This document shows positions 3,625-6,249 of a DNA stretch of 6,249 bases, in pieces (position 1 is the stretch's first letter; each line of letters opens with the position of its first letter). Made by a program: the position numbers and the translations under genes. The stretch covers positions 1 to 6,249 of the IMG/VR virus record IMGVR_UViG_3300045988_006681. One strand, given 5' to 3'. The notes beneath the pieces were generated by a model. That model was not told the DNA's origin, searched no databases, and was given only the letters and a program-made list of their open reading frames with translations. Origin of the DNA: a virus.

Positions 3625-5223
3625 ATGATTAGTATTAGAGACCAGACATACAAGATTCGCTCTATGGCTGATTATCAGCCATCAGAAAAGTGTTACAATC
3701 CTCAACGTATAGTTAACAAATATACTCATGAGGTTCTTTATGTTGAGTGTCGTAAATGTCCATATTGTCTACATAAGTATGCTACAGATTTAACTTCTCG
3801 CATAGTTCGTGAGTGCAAACAGCACAAATATAGTTTGTTTTTCACTCTCACTTATGATAATGAACATTTGCCTGTAATGGTTCGTCAGTGTGAGCATGTT
3901 TGGAAACTTGAAAATCGTGATGAAAAGCGTGATGGCTCTGTGCGTTCCCGTTACTTGTTCTTTGATAAAACACCTGATTATCAGTTTCCTCAAAAAATGT
4001 CTACTGATTGTTTTGCTGTTGTCTGCAAAGAAGATATTCAACGATTTCTTAAGCGTTTACGTTCAAAAATAGATTATGATTATGAATTATCCCAAGAACA
4101 AAAAACATTGCGTTACTTTATTTGTTCCGAGTATGGTCCCTGCACCAAACGTCCGCATTATCACGGAATCTTGTGGACCGATGACCCTACAATCTGTAGA
4201 GACTTGCCAAGGCTTATTCGTGCGACTTGGACGTTGTGTGCTCCTTCCAGAATTGATGCACAACTCGTCAGCGGTTCCGCTCCAGAGTACGTTGCGAAGT
4301 ATGTTGCTGGCAACAGCAATTTGTGCGAAGTTCTTCGAACTAAATATACCAAACCGTTCCACTTGGCTTCTAAGAACCCAGTTATCGGCTCTTTCAAAAC
4401 TACTCGAGAAGAAATTCTCGACGTACTCGTTAACCGATTTTTTGAAGTACCTAGAGTCCAAGATGGTTGTATTGAGGAAGCTTCCTATGATATATTACCC
4501 TACTCGTTTATTACTAGATACTTCCCTCCCTGCCAAGGCTTTAGCGTTTCGGATGATTCTTATAAACTATCATTATATGAAAAGTATAGAGATGGCAAGT
4601 ACCTCAAACGTGTTGACCCACAAACAAAACGGTATGTAAATAGTGAGCGCATAGGTTTTGCTTATGTTGATTGCCGATTTAGTTTTAAATATCAAGATTA
4701 TCGGTTCTTTCAGCATATTGTCTCTTTAGCTAATAAGCCTACTACCATTCCCAAACGTGATAAAAATGGTTTTATCGTTGGTTCGCAAGTTGTCTGTTTG
4801 TCTCCCTCCGATATTATTCATTTAATGGGTATGTTGTACGATTCTTACAAATTATATTGTTATAACTCTATGCTCCGCAATCTCGAAGTTATGTCTGATT
4901 ATTTAAAGGATTCTAGTCAATTGAAATTTTCTCTTTTGTCCTTTTATCCTTTTGTGTGGAAAGAGTTACCTCTATATTGTACTAAAGATGATTATGATTC
5001 TAAATTAGTTGTCGGTGGTTTATCTTTACGTAATATGTTGTCCGATTTCGGTTTTAAATATGAGGATATTTATTATGACGGTTGTATTTCTGATGATTTT
5101 ATTTCTGTTATGAATAATAATATCCTTGATAAAAATTATCGTATTCGTTTACAAGATAGTATTCTTAAAAATGATAAAAAGAAAAAGTATTCTGAGTTAT
5201 ATCTCGGTTTTAATCAAGTTTAA
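3625..5223 (+). CDS. VP4: Replication initiation protein VP4 (HUH rolling-circle endonuclease, gene A-like)
   Basis: 532-aa ORF with HUH-superfamily motifs in canonical order: motif I LFFTLTY (3835-3855), motif II PHYHGILW (4153-4176) and motif III two-tyrosine EYVAKYV (4285-4305). The N-terminal Cys cluster CYNP...CRKCPYC is typical of gokusho/alpa-type VP4. A start at Met14 (3664) cannot be excluded. Confidence 0.93.
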   Translation: MISIRDQTYKIRSMADYQPSEKCYNPQRIVNKYTHEVLYVECRKCPYCLHKYATDLTSRIVRECKQHKYSLFFTLTYDNEHLPVMVRQCEHVWKLENRDEKRDGSVRSRYLFFDKTPDYQFPQKMSTDCFAVVCKEDIQRFLKRLRSKIDYDYELSQEQKTLRYFICSEYGPCTKRPHYHGILWTDDPTICRDLPRLIRATWTLCAPSRIDAQLVSGSAPEYVAKYVAGNSNLCEVLRTKYTKPFHLASKNPVIGSFKTTREEILDVLVNRFFEVPRVQDGCIEEASYDILPYSFITRYFPPCQGFSVSDDSYKLSLYEKYRDGKYLKRVDPQTKRYVNSERIGFAYVDCRFSFKYQDYRFFQHIVSLANKPTTIPKRDKNGFIVGSQVVCLSPSDIIHLMGMLYDSYKLYCYNSMLRNLEVMSDYLKDSSQLKFSLLSFYPFVWKELPLYCTKDDYDSKLVVGGLSLRNMLSDFGFKYEDIYYDGCISDDFISVMNNNILDKNYRIRLQDSILKNDKKKKYSELYLGFNQV

Positions 5224-5232
5224 TTTAAATTT
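5218..5232 (+). promoter_or_regulatory. 15-nt leader motif gtttaatttaaattt, copy 2 (overlaps the VP4 stop, 7 nt upstream of the VP1 ATG)
   Basis: Identical to 1263-1277. Confidence 0.35.
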
Positions 5233-5239
5233 ATAAGTT

Positions 5240-6249
5240 ATGAAATCAGTATTTAGTAAAAAGTCTTCTCAAGTTCATTTGCAGCGTAATGCGTTTGACT
5301 TGTCTCATTCCGACGTATTTTCTATTGCGCCTGGAATGCTTCTCCCTATTCATGTTTCTGAGGTTAATCCTAATGAGCATTTTGTTATTAGTCCTGCTAA
5401 TTATGTTCGCACTATGCCATTAAATAGTGCTGCCTTTACTCGTTTGAAACAGCATATTGAGTTTTATTTTGTTCCTATGCGTACATTATGCCGTCAATTT
5501 AATCAGTTTATCGTTGGTACTGATTATAAAATCTCTTCTATTGATTCTTTAAATACTTATAAAGCAGCTTTGCCTTCTTTTAATATCATCAATGCAGCTA
5601 AGGGATTAATTGGTGATCCTACTTTAAATATTTTTGGTCTTCCTTTATCTAATGACCGTCTTCGTCTTTTCGATATGTTAGGTTATGGTCTTAATTCATC
5701 TAACTATAAAACATTCGTTCCTGTTATTGATAGTTTTCTTGTCAATCCTTTTCGTTTTCTCGCTTACCAAAAGGTTTATTTTGACTATTATCGTAATCCT
5801 CTTTATGAGCTTAATGACCCGTCTGCTTATAATGTAGATTCCTCTTTTGGTAGTATCTATGATCTTACAACGAATTCTTCGACTCTTCGTTATCGTAATT
5901 GGAATAAAGATTATTTTACTTCTTTGTCTCCTAGTTTTCAAGGTGCTGATTATTTGACTGACGTTGTTGATATGTACTCTGTTTTGAAATTGGAAGATAA
6001 TTCTAATTTAAAAGGTCATGATTTTCTCCCTGGTACTTCTTCTAATTTAACTTGGCATGGTAATTCTGTTCCGGCTTCTAGTACTGTTGGTGCTCTTATA
6101 CGTTCCGATAGTTCAGGTAATGTGTTTAATATTGCTAACCTCCGTGCTGCCTATGCATTAGATAAATTATATCGTATCTCTATTGCTGCTGGTGATGGTG
6201 ATTACGGCTCTCAGATTAAGGCTCATTATGGTTTTGACGCTGTTCATGA
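5240..6249 (+). CDS. VP1: Major capsid protein VP1 (F-like), N-terminal part; 3' end runs off the window and continues at nt 3
   Basis: I translated from ATG 5240 by hand and found no stop before the window end (last full codon ends at 6247). This ORF is absent from the supplied track, presumably because it lacks a stop. It contains MKSVFSKKSSQVHLQRNAFDLSHSDVFSIAPGMLLPIHVSEVNPNEHF, AYQKVYFDYYRNPLY, RYRNWNKDYFTSLSPSFQG and LRAAYALDKLYRISIAAGDGDYGSQIKAHYGF. I recognise these blocks as conserved in Microviridae major capsid proteins. Confidence 0.93.
   Translation, partial: MKSVFSKKSSQVHLQRNAFDLSHSDVFSIAPGMLLPIHVSEVNPNEHFVISPANYVRTMPLNSAAFTRLKQHIEFYFVPMRTLCRQFNQFIVGTDYKISSIDSLNTYKAALPSFNIINAAKGLIGDPTLNIFGLPLSNDRLRLFDMLGYGLNSSNYKTFVPVIDSFLVNPFRFLAYQKVYFDYYRNPLYELNDPSAYNVDSSFGSIYDLTTNSSTLRYRNWNKDYFTSLSPSFQGADYLTDVVDMYSVLKLEDNSNLKGHDFLPGTSSNLTWHGNSVPASSTVGALIRSDSSGNVFNIANLRAAYALDKLYRISIAAGDGDYGSQIKAHYGFDAVH
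6195..6249. repeat. Terminal direct repeat, copy 2 (identical to 1-55)
   Basis: See 1-55. Confidence 0.97.

Noticed and set aside
477-5941. Antisense ORFs 477-701, 1671-1889, 1917-2201, 3790-4041, 4087-4461, 4161-4397 and 5696-5941
   Set aside because: The complement of T-rich codons gives K/R/I/N-rich pseudo-proteins. Microviridae are transcribed from one strand only, all supported genes are on +, and none of these shows a recognisable motif.
1-6249. Searched by eye for tRNA-like cloverleafs, CRISPR arrays, integrase/recombinase, reverse transcriptase, toxin-antitoxin pairs and defence or anti-defence cassettes
   Set aside because: None found. No T-loop GTTCGAATC-type sequence, no spaced direct-repeat array, and no ORF with recombinase or RT motifs. 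The coding capacity is fully accounted for by the microvirus core genes plus three small ORFs.

Overview
The window is one complete, circularly permuted genome of a small ssDNA phage of the family Microviridae. It is not phiX174-like. Gene content and start-site style look Alpavirinae/Gokushovirinae-like and hint at a Bacteroidota host. nt 1-55 recur exactly at 6195-6249, so the true unit is a 6,194-nt circle, and the major capsid gene (5240 to window end, continuing at nt 3 to 743) is split only by linearisation. All convincing genes lie on the + strand, 11-58 nt apart. They are: VP1 major capsid; an acidic 154-aa protein with a perfectly duplicated SDPxS repeat tail (possible scaffolding protein); VP2 pilot/minor capsid; two ORFs of about 68 aa (one with a lipoprotein-type signal peptide); and the VP4 HUH rolling-circle replication initiator. 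The main anomaly is a 786-nt module (2400-3185) between VP2 and the early genes that is ORF-poor, locally GC-rich and very densely structured. It begins with a strong terminator, followed by a chain of stem-loops. These include two adjacent 74-82-nt hairpins built from four copies of one ~15-nt core in alternating orientation, two copies of the GCGAAGC mini-hairpin motif, and a nested hairpin domain. Nearly all stem imperfections are G-T, so the fold is selected on the packaged, mRNA-sense strand. I cannot assign the module to a known RNA family from memory. The best hypotheses are a complementary-strand origin or other ssDNA structural element, or a novel structured ncRNA. Secondary leads are a basic J-like micro-ORF in the GC island, a 187-codon +1 ORF overlapping the Rep catalytic core where the T-ending codon bias breaks down, and a 15-nt leader shared by VP1 and VP2.
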